Below are positions 40,160 through 53,520 of a stretch of DNA of 64,000 nt, in pieces; position 1 is the first letter of the stretch; each line of letters starts with the position of its first letter. Location: assembly GCF_001194135.2 (NCBI RefSeq), contig NC_069000.1:22283175-22347174 (forward strand). Direction: 5' to 3'. The position numbers and the translations under genes were made by a program. The stretch comes from Octopus bimaculoides (taxonomy: Eukaryota). The notes under the pieces are model-generated. The model was not told where the DNA came from. It was given only the letters and a program-made list of their open reading frames with translations, and did no database searches.

Positions 40160-40545
40160 ATTTCTGTGTAAGAAGCTTGCTTCCCAATCATATTGCTTCT
40201 GGTTCAGTCTTACTGCACGGCACCTTGAGCAAATGTTTTCTACTATAGCCTCAGGCCAACCAAAGCCTTGTAAATGGATTTGGTAGACAAAAACTGAAAG
40301 AAGCCCATCGTATATATACATATATGTATGTATCTATGTGTGTATGTGTCTTCGTTTGTACCCCCACCCATCACTGTTTAACGACTGGTGTTGGTATGTT
40401 TACATCCCCATAACTTAGTGGTTCAGGAAAAGCGACCAACAGAATAAGTACTGGTCTATAAAAAATAGGTCCTGGGGTTGATTTGTTTGACTAAAGGCGG
40501 TGCTCTAGCATGGTCGGTCACATGACTAAAACAGGTAAAAGGATA
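40160..40545 (+). mobile_element. SINE family A, full-length
   Basis: Head, CORE-like part, TA tract and 3' half all present. Confidence 0.88.
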
Positions 40546-40573
40546 AAAGGATGTGTGTGTATGTGCATGAGTG

Positions 40574-40606
<33 letters not shown>

Positions 40607-40787
40607 ATTTTGTGCTGTGTGATATTTCCCTTATCAATTGATGACTGGAGAACACAATGATTTGGGCATCTTCCAGCATTGTAGTTCCTGTTCACAATGC
40701 TGAACTTCACTGCAGCCACCAAGAAATGTCCAGATTCTTTTGGTCCATATTTTAGTATGCTTTTTACCTCCTGTCATCCATGCAGCT

Positions 40788-40833
<46 letters not shown>

Positions 40834-41392
40834 CTCACAAACATCTACACTCTGGTTTAAATATTTCATGGCTTTTGCAGTGACAACATTATTTTCCACT
40901 TGTATAGATCCAGCTGTCAAACAGTTACAGCTAACAGCTATCTAACAAACAATAAACTTCAAATTGACTATTCAAATTGATTATTAAACTTCCCTCAGGC
41001 TTACTTAGATTGAAAACACTGGCCTGAAAGTGGCAGGTGGACTGTGATGGTGGTGATGGTGGAGATAGTTGTGTTCTACATTGCATCTTATTCAAGTTTA
41101 TTGCTGGTTGTGCTTGTTGCTATGTATGTATATATACAGATGTGTGCATACATGTGTGTGTGTGTGTATGGAATATACACACAAGCATATGTTTGCATAT
41201 ATACACATATATCAATACTCAAGTATTTAGGTAGGCATATACATAAATGTTTATCAGTATATGTGTGTGTGTATGTATGTGAATACATACACACACACAT
41301 ATATACATATATATATAAATATAGATAGAGAGAGAGAAGAGAGGAAGTGAGTACATAGACAAATAATGCATATACAGACACAAATGTATAAC

Positions 41393-41444
<52 letters not shown>

Positions 41445-41856
41445 TTAGGTGGACTTACATGTGTATACAAGCCTATGTATATCTCTGTCTGGTTGTATTA
41501 GTTAATTAAACTGTAATGTATGTATAAAATAGCTTCAGTATTGTTGTACATTCCATTATTGAATCTAGTTATTTATTGTGCCTACAATGGATAGTTTAGA
41601 CTTGTTTGGAAATATTTATGCTATGGAGAGTTAAGTGGATTGTGTCTAGGACAAGCCACAAGATGTAATGTGTTAAAAATACTGGAAAGCTGAAATTTAT
41701 AGTGGCAGAAGTAAAGGGGAAAGATGGTGAGTATATTATATAGGATTATGTAAATGCAGAGATAAAAGCAAACCAAACTGCTAAATGTATAAGTTTTTGC
41801 ATATATTTAACTATGAATATGTATGCAAGTGTGTGTGTGTGTGTGTGTGTATGTCT

Positions 41857-41896
<40 letters not shown>

Positions 41897-41959
41897 CAAA
41901 GAATATATACACACATATATGTACATACTTACATCTACATGTGTATATATATGCATATC

Positions 41960-42520
41960 AGGGTACAGGACATTAGAACAATGAACTACAGACAACGGAA
42001 CGAACACATAGGAAAACAGAAAGCCACTTGGAATATTCTTTCATCAGCTGTCTCTATTCTAACCTGACGTTTCGAAGATAAGACAGAACATACTCTAGAA
42101 TAGTCTCTTCCTGAGTAGTGGATCAACCCACTACACAGAGGATTCCAAGGTGGCAAACACAAACCAAGACAGGAAAAATTGGACAGTGAAAACAACATTC
42201 AAAAGCCGTACGGCCAAACGCGAATCTGAGGTAGAACGCTAGTAGTTTGTCTTGCCTTCACAGCGGCTGGAGTGAAAAGAAAGCTGACCACAGGTCACAC
42301 GAGAGCAGAGAGGATGGTGGAGGGAGGAAGTGGAACAAGGAGGAAGGGACAGAAGGGTATAGCAGTGAAGTAGAGGCCAGGACAGAGGGATAGATAGAAA
42401 GATAGAGGAAGACAGATAGATAAATAGATAGAATAATTTGCTGCTAGCAAATTTTTCTGTAAAATATGGATAGTTTATCCTGTTCATGCTATAATATTAG
42501 CATCATCCTGTGTTTGAGAA
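41960..42520 (-). mobile_element. Putative Penelope-like fragment
   Basis: Minus strand CTTCGAAACGTCAG preceded by a degenerate CTCAGGAAG core; no recognisable ORF. Confidence 0.35.
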
Positions 42521-42976
42521 TAAAATTATTTCCTTATCTGTATCTTTCAATACATCTCAATGCTTCTAAAGCAAACTTTGTTTAGTTTCATTGTAATTTG
42601 AATTTAACATACATATATACACACACACACACCTGAGTTCTCCTCCTCTCTATCTCCCATTCATCCTTTGCACCTTTTTGAACCTACCTGTACACAGTGT
42701 GTCCCTGTCAAATCTCTTCTCTACAATATGTCCTCTTAACACCCTCTCCTTCTACTTGTGTCCACTCACCACATTCCCTCCTTTCCCTTCCAGGTCCCAC
42801 TCTACTTTTGCAATCACACATCCAATCCTTAGTTCCATTTACATACACTGCTCTGTAACTTGAGTGCACCCCCCCCTCCCAGCAACTGTTACATCTTTGC
42901 CATCTTCTCTCCTTCCAACTGGGGTTGCCATGTATCGCAAAACACCTATTTCAGTCCCTTTATTTATACTCTAACC

Positions 42977-43072
42977 CAGCAGTTCTCAACCATGGTCCAC
43001 ATAGGATTTTTGTGGGTTCCTGCTAGCAAACTAGTAAATTGGGGATCTACAGTAGTATTTTAAGAACCGATG
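42977..43072. mobile_element. Possible hAT-type MITE
   Basis: CAGCAGTTCTCAAC .. TTAAGAACCGATG imperfect TIR; no matching 8-bp TSD. Confidence 0.35.
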
Positions 43073-43179
43073 TTAGTTTTTGGCAACTGATATCGGTTTT
43101 TTACATCCCTGTAACTAAGTGGTTCAGCAAAAGAATTCAAGCAAGCTTAAAAAAATAGAATATATACTAGGGTCAATTG

Positions 43180-43535
43180 ATGGCACCTGTGCCCAGCGTC
43201 GCCTTCCTGGCACTTGTGCCGGTGGCATGTGTAAAGACATTCAAGTGAGATTGTTGCCAGGGCCCCTGGACTGGCTCCTGTGCAGGTGGCACATAAAATA
43301 CACCATTTTGAGCGTGGCCATTGCCAGTACCGCCTGACTGGCCTTCGTGCCGGTGACACGTAAAAGCACCCACAACACTCTCAGAGTGGTTGGCGTTAGG
43401 AAGGGCATCCAGCTGTAGAAACTCTGCCAGATCAGATTGGAGCCTGGTGTAGCCATCCGGTTCACCAGTCCTCAGTCAAATCGTCCAACCCATGCTAGCA
43501 TGGAAAGCAGACGTTAAACGATGAAGATGATGATG
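43180..43535 (+). mobile_element. Young RTE 3' UTR inserted in a SINE A 3' half
   Basis: 5-bp TSD AATTG (43175-43179, 43536-43540); SINE sequence on both sides; (ATG)n tail. Confidence 0.92.
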
Positions 43536-44844
43536 AATTGTTTTGACTAACCCCTTCAAAGTGTTGCCCTAGCATGGCCACAGTCTAATGACTGAAATAA
43601 ACAAAAGATTTTAAAAATATATAAAAGATATTCAACTTTTTCTCACAGAATACATTTTTAATCTAAAATCGAAAGCCATGATGATATATGATTTAGAATG
43701 GTCTTATTCTAAACTCTCTGCCAAAGTGCAACAAGGAAACAGGAAGGATTGTCTGCTGTGTACATGTGAAGTACTGGAAATTAAAAGTGCTGATCCAAGT
43801 TCTTAAATTGATCAGAAACATGAGATTGCTATTAATTGCAAAATTTTACATGCTTTAATTTTTTTTGTCAATTATCTCAAATGCAAAAATTACAAAAAAG
43901 AAAAAGAAAAAAAAAATGAGTGTTGCTATTCACGAAGAGAAAGATAATAAATTAAGCAATAATAAGACAAGAAATAAAAATTTTAAAAATTTTGTCAATA
44001 TAGGATAATTTGCTTGGGATATTTTATATTCTTCCACTTATAATTAATTAATTTCTCAGTTCAATTTTGTATTATTTTAATCTATCATTTTTATGTCTTA
44101 CTTTAACGTTTTATTTTATTTCATCATACTTTAGAATTTTTTCTTAAATTTACTGTATGCATCTTTATACATATCAGAATGAATGAGAGTGTGTGTGTGT
44201 ATGAGTGCACATGTGCATACATATATATTTTGTTATTAATAATCAACAGGATTTACAAAGTGACTCAAGGGCCAAAAGTTTCATGCATTGGCAATTATCA
44301 GTTTGATTAAGTTCTGCTGATCATTAATACAAAAAAATACAAAAATATATATATACTCATGTTTTGAGTTCTAATTTTTTGCAAACACACACATTCACAT
44401 ATATATGTTTATTTGCAATCTATTTTGCATCTGATAAATATATGCATCCCTTACATTTATCAGTATGCATATGCATACATAAGATAATTTGCATGCGTTA
44501 GTCTATATTCTTCTTTCATAATTTTTTTTCACAATTCATCTTGAATTTTTTAATCTATCATTTTTTTACATTTAACTTCTTATTTTAAAATTTGCTCTTA
44601 AACCTACTGCATGTGTATTCACCCGTATCTGAATATATCTGTATATATGTGTGTGTGTGAGCATGTGTCATTACACATGCATGCTTGTAAGTCTGTATGC
44701 ATGTGTGTATGTATATATGATTATTTTTTATCATTTGCATTTATTTGACTATACACTCATATTATCCTGTATTTGTCCATACATGTTTACTCATTTGGGT
44801 GTATGTTTGTCTATGTGTGTATACATACATAGGGAGAATTCACG

Positions 44845-45090
44845 AAAAAAAACAACAACAGACGAAGACAGGTGGTGTAGACAACAAACAGATGTATTAG
44901 TATAACACTCGGGAAGTGATAAAGTCTTTAACGTTTCAAGCATACGCTCTTCCACAGAAAGAAACAAGGAGAGAAAATAAAGAATGTGTAGTGGCTAGCA
45001 ATCTATCATGGCGAATGCTGGACAGAGGGGTCACACAGGAGAGCTAGAAAGAAAGGGAGATAATAAAGTGGTGGTGATCCCAAAACGAAG
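44845..45090 (-). mobile_element. Putative Penelope-derived repeat with hammerhead-like motif
   Basis: Minus strand CUUU-CUGUGGA-A-GAGC(GUAU)GCUU-GAA-ACGU-U-AAAG at 44926-44961. Confidence 0.5.
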
Positions 45091-45299
45091 GTGTGCGTGC
45101 GTGTGTGTATGTGTAGGTGTGTGGATGATGGTGTAGGGCTGGGAAGTGGTCAGTGTAGTTGTGTGCATGTATGTATGTGTGNNNNNNNNNNNNNNNNNNN
45201 NNNNNNNNNNNNNNNNNNNNNNNNNNNNNNNNNNNNNNNNNNNNNNNNNNNNNNNNNNNNNNNNNNNNNNNNNNNATATATATATATATATATATATAC

Positions 45300-45520
45300 A
45301 TATGTATGTGTGTGTATATGTTTGTGTGTCTGTGTTTGTCCCCCCAACATCGCTTGACAACCGATGGTGGTGTGTTTACGTCCCCGTATCTTAGCGGTTC
45401 GGTAAAAGAGACTGATAGAATAAGTATTAGGCTTCCAAAGAATAAGTCCTGGGGTCGATTTGCTCGACTAAAGGTGGTGCTCCAGCATGGCCGCAGTCAA
45501 ATGACTGAAACAAGTAAAAA
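45300..45520 (+). mobile_element. SINE family A, 3' half, young
   Basis: Near-identical to 63680-63872; 5' side lies at or in the gap. Confidence 0.85.
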
Positions 45521-45629
45521 GAGTAAATGCACACCATGCAAGCATGGAAAACTAGATGTTAAAGTGATTGAGGATGGCTGGCTAAATCTATGGCTGGAGC
45601 AAATATCCTGCCAAATCATTAGTGAAGCA

Positions 45630-45890
45630 GATAATCATGAAAGGAAACAGGCAGGTTTGGGAGGTTTGGCAGAATTGGGGTAGCAGAAAATTATACTGGG
45701 TAACTAGAAGACAAGCTAGGCAACAGGTCTATTTAGCGAAGAGAGAAGCAAAAAGAGGTCAGCTAGATAGCAGGATAGGAGAGCGTATTAGAGAGAATCA
45801 AAATGTTGTAAGTGATAAGTGTATGCTGATGGATAAGAGTACACTTGCACTTTGTGATTTTGAAAAGAAAAAGGCATAGAAGTTCAACTG
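45630..45890 (+). mobile_element. Old RTE fragment (region between EN and RT)
   Basis: RRQARQQVYLAKREA..RENQNVVSDKC..EKKKA resembles the RTE linker region. Confidence 0.6.
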
Positions 45891-46134
45891 TCATGGCTTA
45901 TTATATAGCTGCTCAGGGACAAAGTATTAGAATAAAATTGATGAAAACAATGATAAAATTCAGTCAGAGTGCAGAATAAATATGAAAAGAGATAAAAGTA
46001 AGTGCAGTAAGCTAGTATAAAATGAGTGTATATGCAAGCATAACTGTGTTGGAAAAAGTGTTAACCAAGCTTGTGGATTGGAAGTGATGGAAAAGTGATA
46101 TGAATACAAGCCAAAGGCTGTAAGGTGAATGATA

Positions 46135-46480
46135 ATTACAGGATTCACTATAGAGACTGATCATACTATTGAAACATGGAGACCAGATATGATCAAAGAG
46201 TGGGGTAAAAGAACAAACAGTATAAGATCATTGATTTTGCAATCCCTTGTTATAATAGAGTGGATATCAAGGAAACTGAGAAACTTGAGAAATATCAGAA
46301 CTTATCCAGAGATGAAGAGACTGTGGAAATAATTGGTGCTTTCGGTACAATGCCGACACCATTTCTTAAGAAGCTGAAGGATATCAGAATCGAGATATAT
46401 ACATTGATGGCCTGCTAAAAAGTGCCACCCTGTGTTCTGCAAGAATCCTAAGGAAGATTCTCGAGATTTGAGGAGACTTG
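46135..46480 (+). mobile_element. R4/Dong-like LINE restriction-like endonuclease C-terminal remnant
   Basis: FTIETDHTIETWRPDMI..IIDFAIP..EKLEKYQ..MKRLWK..IGAFGT..SARILRKILEI across frameshifts. Confidence 0.75.
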
Positions 46481-46499
46481 TTGCAACAAAACCTCAAAA

Positions 46500-46905
46500 T
46501 GTCATCATCAACATTTAACCTCTGTTTTCCATGCTGGCATGGGTTGGACAGTTTGATTGGAGCTGATAAAGCCAGGGGCTGCATGCTCCATTGTCTGTTC
46601 TGGATTTGGTTTCTATGGCTGGATGCCCTTCCTAATGCCAACTACCCCACAGAGTATACTGTGTGCTTTTTATATGACTTTTAATGTAGCACCAGTGCTT
46701 TTTATGTGGCACTAGCAGTGGTATCAATTCTGCTATGGTGGGAGGGTCCTCATTAGCACAGCTGTGCACCAGATATCTTGGTTAAGTGTCTTGAGATCAG
46801 CCTTCAATACTTCATCCCATGTCTTTGTGAGTCTCCCTCTTCGATAAGCTCCATCCACTTTAAGTGATCGGCACTTTTGTATGCAACTGTCTACATCCAT
46901 GTGCA
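46500..46905 (-). mobile_element. Old RTE 3' fragment
   Basis: CATCATC..TTTCCATGCTGGCATGGG tail followed by degenerate ORF end. Confidence 0.78.
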
Positions 46906-47196
46906 CAAACCTCTGCTAATTAAAGTAACATGTAATAGATTTTGGAATAGACTATGATGATGATTGCCATCATGTATATTCTGAGCCACAAGTCCTCAGA
47001 ACATAAATGAACATAAAAGTAAATACCGTACATCTCCAATACAATAGCAACCAGTTCTGCCATTTACTGCCATTGCTTAATAACAAATGACTAGTTTGTC
47101 TTGCCTTATTGACTTGGTATAGCAAAGATCCAAAGCAAATATAAGTGGGCTTCTTGTTAGCATTAGTGTGAATTACATGATAGTAGTCTATTTATG

Positions 47197-47485
47197 TACA
47201 GTGTGATATCACAATGTAGTATCAGTGAAGTGCAATGTGATATCAGTGTAGCAGCATCAGTGAAGTAGTGTGATTTCACACTGTATGGTCTCAGTAAAGT
47301 ACAGATATGTCACAGTGTAACTGTAGCAAAGTACAGTGTAATACCAGTAAAAAGTACAATGTGATATCAGTGTAGTCTCAGTGAAATATAGTGTAATATT
47401 AAAGTGGAAGTATCAGTAAAGTACAGTATAATATCATAGCATGAAGTCAGAGTGAAGTATTATGTGATATCACAATGTATTCTCT
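47197..47485. repeat. Degenerate minisatellite, unit about 33 bp
   Basis: Recurrent AAGTACAGTGTGATATCACAGTGTAGTATCAGTG-like units. Confidence 0.75.
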
Positions 47486-48029
47486 GATTTTAACAGGAGC
47501 GCTTGCCAAAGATATCCATTACAAATATAAATGAATATAATTGAAAGATTATAAGCATTTTCTTCTCAACAACAACACTGCCACCACCATTATCAGTATA
47601 GTCATCTCGGTTCCCACCACTATCATTGCCAATATGACGAGTACCTCTGCACGGTTACCAACCCCAACATCATTATTACCATGACTGCTACTGCTATGAC
47701 TAAGCGGACCCTACCACTACAATGGTGACAACAATGACAATCACCACTAACATACAACTGCCAGTTTCTTCCAGAGAGCTTCCTAGCTACGAACTGCAGA
47801 GGTAAGTGTTGCCTGGTCATTGTGGTCAGTTGCAGAGACTTTGTGGAGAAATCAATAGCAAATAATGAAATCCTCCACTCCCATCTAGTCATGTCACCAC
47901 ACATCCCTTCAAACCCAATCTATTTCCTTGGACAATTAAGGAGTCTTCAACCTTTTAATCTAGAAATAAAAGCAAGAGAATTTTACTTGAAAGGGATTTA
48001 TTCCTTGACACATCAAACAAGTTAGTTTT

Positions 48030-48119
48030 ATGCAGATAGATAGATAGACAGAGAGAGAGACAGACAGATAGACAGGCAAAGAGAGAGATAGAGAGAGAGA
48101 GAGAAAGAGACAAACAGAC

Positions 48120-48151
<32 letters not shown>

Positions 48152-48600
48152 GCAAAGATAGATAGATAGCGAGAGAGAAAGAGATCAATAGGCATACAGA
48201 TAAACAGAGAGAGTAGTAGGTATATAGACAAATAGATAGGAAAATAAAGATACATAAGGAATGGGTACTTTGACTGATCAATAATTGATGAACCGAGTGA
48301 TAGATTAATAAACTGAAGGAGAGACAGACTCAGAGATAAATAGATTGAGAGTTTGGTAGATTGATAGCTACATAAGCAGATAGGTAATTGATGGATTGAT
48401 AGAGAAGGCAGAGTTAGCTGGACTGATGGTGAGATTAATATACTGATGGATAGAGGGACTAATAAGTAGACAAGACAGAGAGACATACAGAAAGACTGAT
48501 AAAATAATAGCGAAACAAATTGATTGGGATAACAGATGGGTAAACAGACATAGATTGATAAATGAAATGGGGGGGAGAGAGAGAGAGAGAGAGAGCTAGT
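48030..48600. repeat. GATA/GACA/GA low-complexity tract
   Basis: Directly visible. Confidence 0.9.
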
Positions 48601-48816
48601 TGGACAGATAGATGGCTATTGCATTACTCTTCATTCTCTCTCGGTCTTCCCCTACCCCTCCCCCGTTTTTTTCTCCTTTCTCTCAAATGGTATTTTGGAA
48701 TCCTAACTACTGCAACCAACAGGGCATGTTGCTAGTGATGACGATGACAATGGTGATGGTGGTGGTGGTGGTTGTTGTTGGATGTAATGATCATAGATTA
48801 TGATGCTGATGATGAT

Positions 48817-48847
<31 letters not shown>

Positions 48848-49431
48848 AGTGATGCTGATGGTGATGATGATGTTATGAATTGGTAGAAAGGCAGAGAGTC
48901 ATACAGATATGTAGGTGGATGGATGGATGGATAGAGGTAACAGGTGACTCAGGAAATGATTACCAAGTGGATATGAAATGCGTCTTGCACAGTTTGTGAA
49001 CAATCTGTATGAACCACATTAAGAACACACCGGAATTGCCTTCCTGACCATATTTTTCTAACAGATGTCAACGCTGAATACAGATCCTAACAAGCTCACC
49101 GGTTTGGGATCTGCAGAGGTCACGGCTACTGCCTCCCCCCAACCCCACCCTTTTCCAGACTAAGCATAAAAAAAATATTGCAAAGTTGTTTGACAGGATG
49201 CAACAACTTACTTCTGCTGGTGGACATCAGAGAGATCAGGTGATGGAATATTTAGTGGTCATCAAATATTATATTTTAATTTTGCGTCAGTTAATATTTC
49301 AGGAGAGATGGTGCCTTTCATTTGGGAACCCAGCCAGAATATTTGCTGACAGTTGCTTCACAGAGGACCCTGTAGAAGGCATGTATGTCTGAGGTCACTA
49401 ACCAAACAACCCTTACAGATATAGTGCTCTA

Positions 49432-49505
<74 letters not shown>

Positions 49506-49544
49506 AAGCAAAACCCTTAGTAAAAGGTCTTTGGGCTTAAACTT

Positions 49545-49690
49545 AGTACAGAAACAGCAGCCATGAAGTTAACACACCAACACCAGTTGTCAAGAGGTGG
49601 TGGGGCAACAACCACAGGCCATAGGTGTCATGCAGTGGCACTGAACCTGGAATCATGTGTTTGGGAAGTAAGCTTCTTACCACACAGCCA
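49545..49690 (-). mobile_element. SINE family A, deleted copy
   Basis: Head on minus strand at about 49620-49690. Confidence 0.7.
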
Positions 49691-51199
49691 TGATGCCTAC
49701 GCCTATGTTGCGAAGCATTTTTTTTTTCTTTTGTTTATTTCTATTTCACACCAGAATGTAGTTAAATATAAAGTAGATGTCAAACTGCCTTTCCAACTGA
49801 GCAACAACATACAATATGATTTTTGTTATTGATTAACCTCAGGTCAACCCTGATTGAACAGATATATGTTAAAAGGCATTCCAGCTGTGACCATCCCATC
49901 TGTTTTGTATATTATGGATTACATTACCTAAAATAACCTTTTATTTTTTCCTTTTACAACACAGTAGGATGTAATTTAAGGGAGATTTGGTTGCTTTTTC
50001 TAGCAAGTTGAGTGATCACATGGAGAACACCTCATTGGTTCCCATACAATATGGTTAATAACTAAGACAATTNNNNNNNNNNCAACAGCTAACTTCACTC
50101 CCCACATTGGCTGCATACACAGATGATGAAAGAGTAAGAAATCCCCACCAAATATTACTACCAAGCACAATAGAAGAGCAAGATTAGTTTAATAATTAAC
50201 TAAGGCAGTTTGTAATCATGGCAAACATCAAAACTATCGATCAAAGAATATTATGTGCACACACGCATGCATACTCCTCCCTTCTATGCACACACACAAG
50301 CATATTGTGTTGTGTTGCATTGTGTGTGCTTATTTATGCATATGTGCATCCATGTGTATGCAGCAATGATTTTATGAGAACATTCCGATACACAGTTTTT
50401 TTTTCTCTATATGTACAGTTGTTCACATGTTTTTGCATATATGCATCCATCTATGTCAGTATGTATGTGCACATTCTGTTATATATGAACTTAACATATG
50501 CGTGTTTCTTTTTTCCGTATGAAGTTTATGACATATTTACACACATATTCAGACACACAAATACTCACAGTAGTTGAAAAGAGCACAGCCCTGCACTTAC
50601 ATAAGAACAGTGTATACAGGCACGAATATTACACATTCAAACATACACACACACAATGCATAGATATAATGCGCACACAGAAACAGTAAGTATAATATAT
50701 TTATATACACAAGCATGAAACACACAGACAAACACATAGCATGGATGCTACATCCACAGACACACAACATATATACACACAAAGCATGCATACATGCTAG
50801 CATGGATGGCTGGCTGCATATATAAACTACAGATAAGTACTCATCAGGCACAGACATACATGAAACAACCTATAATGGCAGAATATTACAGCCACGAGCT
50901 TAGCTTTAGTAAACTATCCCAGTTGTATATAAGTAGTTGAGCTTCAAGATAAATTTAATCAGTCACTACAGTTTGAGGCAAAATTTTTCAAAAGATGTCC
51001 GATAAGTTGGCTTCCCAAAGACATCTGTTTCGCTAAACGACAAGCAGGAAACAATATGACTTACAGTTGACAATAAGACCACTCTAATCTATTTACTGGC
51101 CAATCTAATCTCAGACTTTGATATCTGCTACATACATGTTATACACATACATTCACACACACACACGTATGTATGTATGTATATATAAATAAATGTATG

Positions 51200-51248
<49 letters not shown>

Positions 51249-51689
51249 AAATATCTGCCAAGGTTCCAAACAGAAAATGGGAGTTTGCATTATTCATTCA
51301 TGTGTGACTCAAAAGTGGAATCGAAATCCAGCAAATACAATAATATTGAAACACATCAAAAGGAATGTCTCGAGTGAACACAAGAGATTTAACAGAAAAT
51401 TGGCCAGTGCTAAGGAGATTAATGGAACTAATGCAATAAATAGCAGCAAATGAAAGGGACTAGATTGGCAATTAGATTGGAGAACTTATTCATTTGGAAA
51501 GTCAGTATTGTCGCAATTTCGCACACAGTCAAAAGAAATGAGGGTGGGGTGCATGGTATTCTTCGTGCTGTCCTTTCAATAAGAAAGAATAATAAGATAG
51601 GAAAGAGAGGAAAACTTACACCTTTGATTGTATATTTTATGAAAATTAAAAACTTTAATATAACTACCATACACCCACATATCGTTGTC

Positions 51690-53520
51690 CTCATCATTTA
51701 ATGTCCATCTCCCATGCTAGTATGAGTTGAATATGATTTGACAGAATCCAGTGAGATGGAGGACTGTATCAAGCTTCAATGCCTGTTGCATGGGTTCTGC
51801 AGCTGGATGCCCTTCCTAACGTCAACCACTTTACAGAATGTACTGAGTGTTTTTCTTTCTGGACATAGACATTAGTGGGGTCACCAAATAACTTGCAAGT
51901 TAAAGAAGATTCCTTGACTGAATGAGATTGTAGGAGAATGGGAAAGCAAAAGAAATAAGGGTGGCTTGAAGAGACAGGGATAAGTAACATTACAGGAATG
52001 GTGGAGAGTAGCAGCATAATAAATTGGTAGATAGATAAGAAAAATAGGAAGATGATATGCAGGGAGGGAGAGTGAGGAGGGTAGAGAGAAATGAACAATG
52101 CAGGGGTATGTAGGGGTAGCTATAGTGGTAGGAGGTAGGTAGGGGTAGCTATAGTGAACAGAGGAGGTTGAGGCACAAAGGTGGGGGAAATGTTGTCACA
52201 GGTAGATACGAGAGGGTGATGAGAATGATAACAAGAGAAGATGTTAAAGTTGAGGTCAGGCAGTTCTAAGAGAACAGGGAGTGTTAAAGGAGTGGAAGCA
52301 CAGAAAGGATTTAAAGAGGGAAGGGAATATATTGAAAAAGGGGGACAGATTTTCAAAGTGGTTCCTGGGAGATAGGGAGGTAACAGGTAGCACAGAGGAA
52401 GATGAAATGTGTGCCTATTCTGTTCTTTATATGATTATAGCAGCTGAATAGTGCCATAGAAGAGTAGAGGGATGGATGTTAGGAAGATGAGAAGTGGGAA
52501 AGGCTTGATGAAGAGATTGGGTGCAGGTGCAGGACCTAGTGAGGATGTAGGCATAAACATAATGCTTTTAAGACCTTGCTTTTGTTGAAATTGATGGGTC
52601 TTCTTGAGCACAGTGAATTGCAAATCCTCTTGCTTGTTAATCATCTCTTCCATGAGGTTCAACAACTTAAAATTATCCCCCACAATTCATCCGTTTTCGA
52701 CATGCCCCATCCACATTTAGCAATCAGCATGTCTTTATGCAACTGTCTTCATCCATATGCATCATGTGACCATACCAACACAATCTCTCTTGCACAACGT
52801 ATCTGATGTCTCTTACGCTTGATTTTTCTCTTTCAACTCATTTGCACTTTGTGGTATGGGCACACTCATGTTGCACATCCAACAGACCATGCTAGCTTAA
52901 TTTCTTTCTAGTTGTCACAAGTCCCCTGCTTTCAGGGACGATGTCTCACTGCCATATAGCAATACTGTCTGTACACAAGCATTGTACAACCTGCTTTTCA
53001 CTCTGAGGTCTTATGTTAACAAGAGCAGTAATGGCTCTGGGAACTTTCTCCTTTCTGTTCTTATTCTAACAATTATACTCCTACACATCTGCTACATACA
53101 AAGTCTACCTTCTCTGATAACCTTTCTACCATAAGGTAGATAAGAAACGAGGCCATTTTCCTGAAGGTAGTAAAGTCATGTCACTTTTCTTGCTTCTAGA
53201 GGTCTGGTCTTTGTGAAGTTAACTTAAGGCTGTTTGATTCCAGGTTTTGCTTATTTGACTTTCATTTTTAATTCTATTTCAGCAAGAATGAGATCACCAG
53301 CATAAAGGAGTTCCCATGGGCAACTGGTCATAAACTCCTCAGGGAGAACTATGGTAAATAGGAGGAAGAATCAGAGCCAAGTCTTGGTGAACTCCTACCT
53401 ACACACTAAATTCTTTGCTGTATTTATTATCAACTCTCATTTTATTAACATCTCTGTATATGGTTTTAACAGCTCTTTACCATTTGATTATTTATACTTG
53501 ATGGTTCCTGACATATAAAC
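51690..53520 (-). mobile_element. Old composite RTE remnant (tail, low-complexity tract, ORF end, RT piece)
   Basis: RTE tail 51690-51900, purine-rich 51930-52560, antisense ORF end 52670-53070, GCPWELLYA motif at about 53300; one element or several is uncertain. Confidence 0.6.

Noticed and set aside
47197-47485. CRISPR-like array (also 54582-54645)
   Set aside because: Eukaryotic context, no unique spacers, no cas genes
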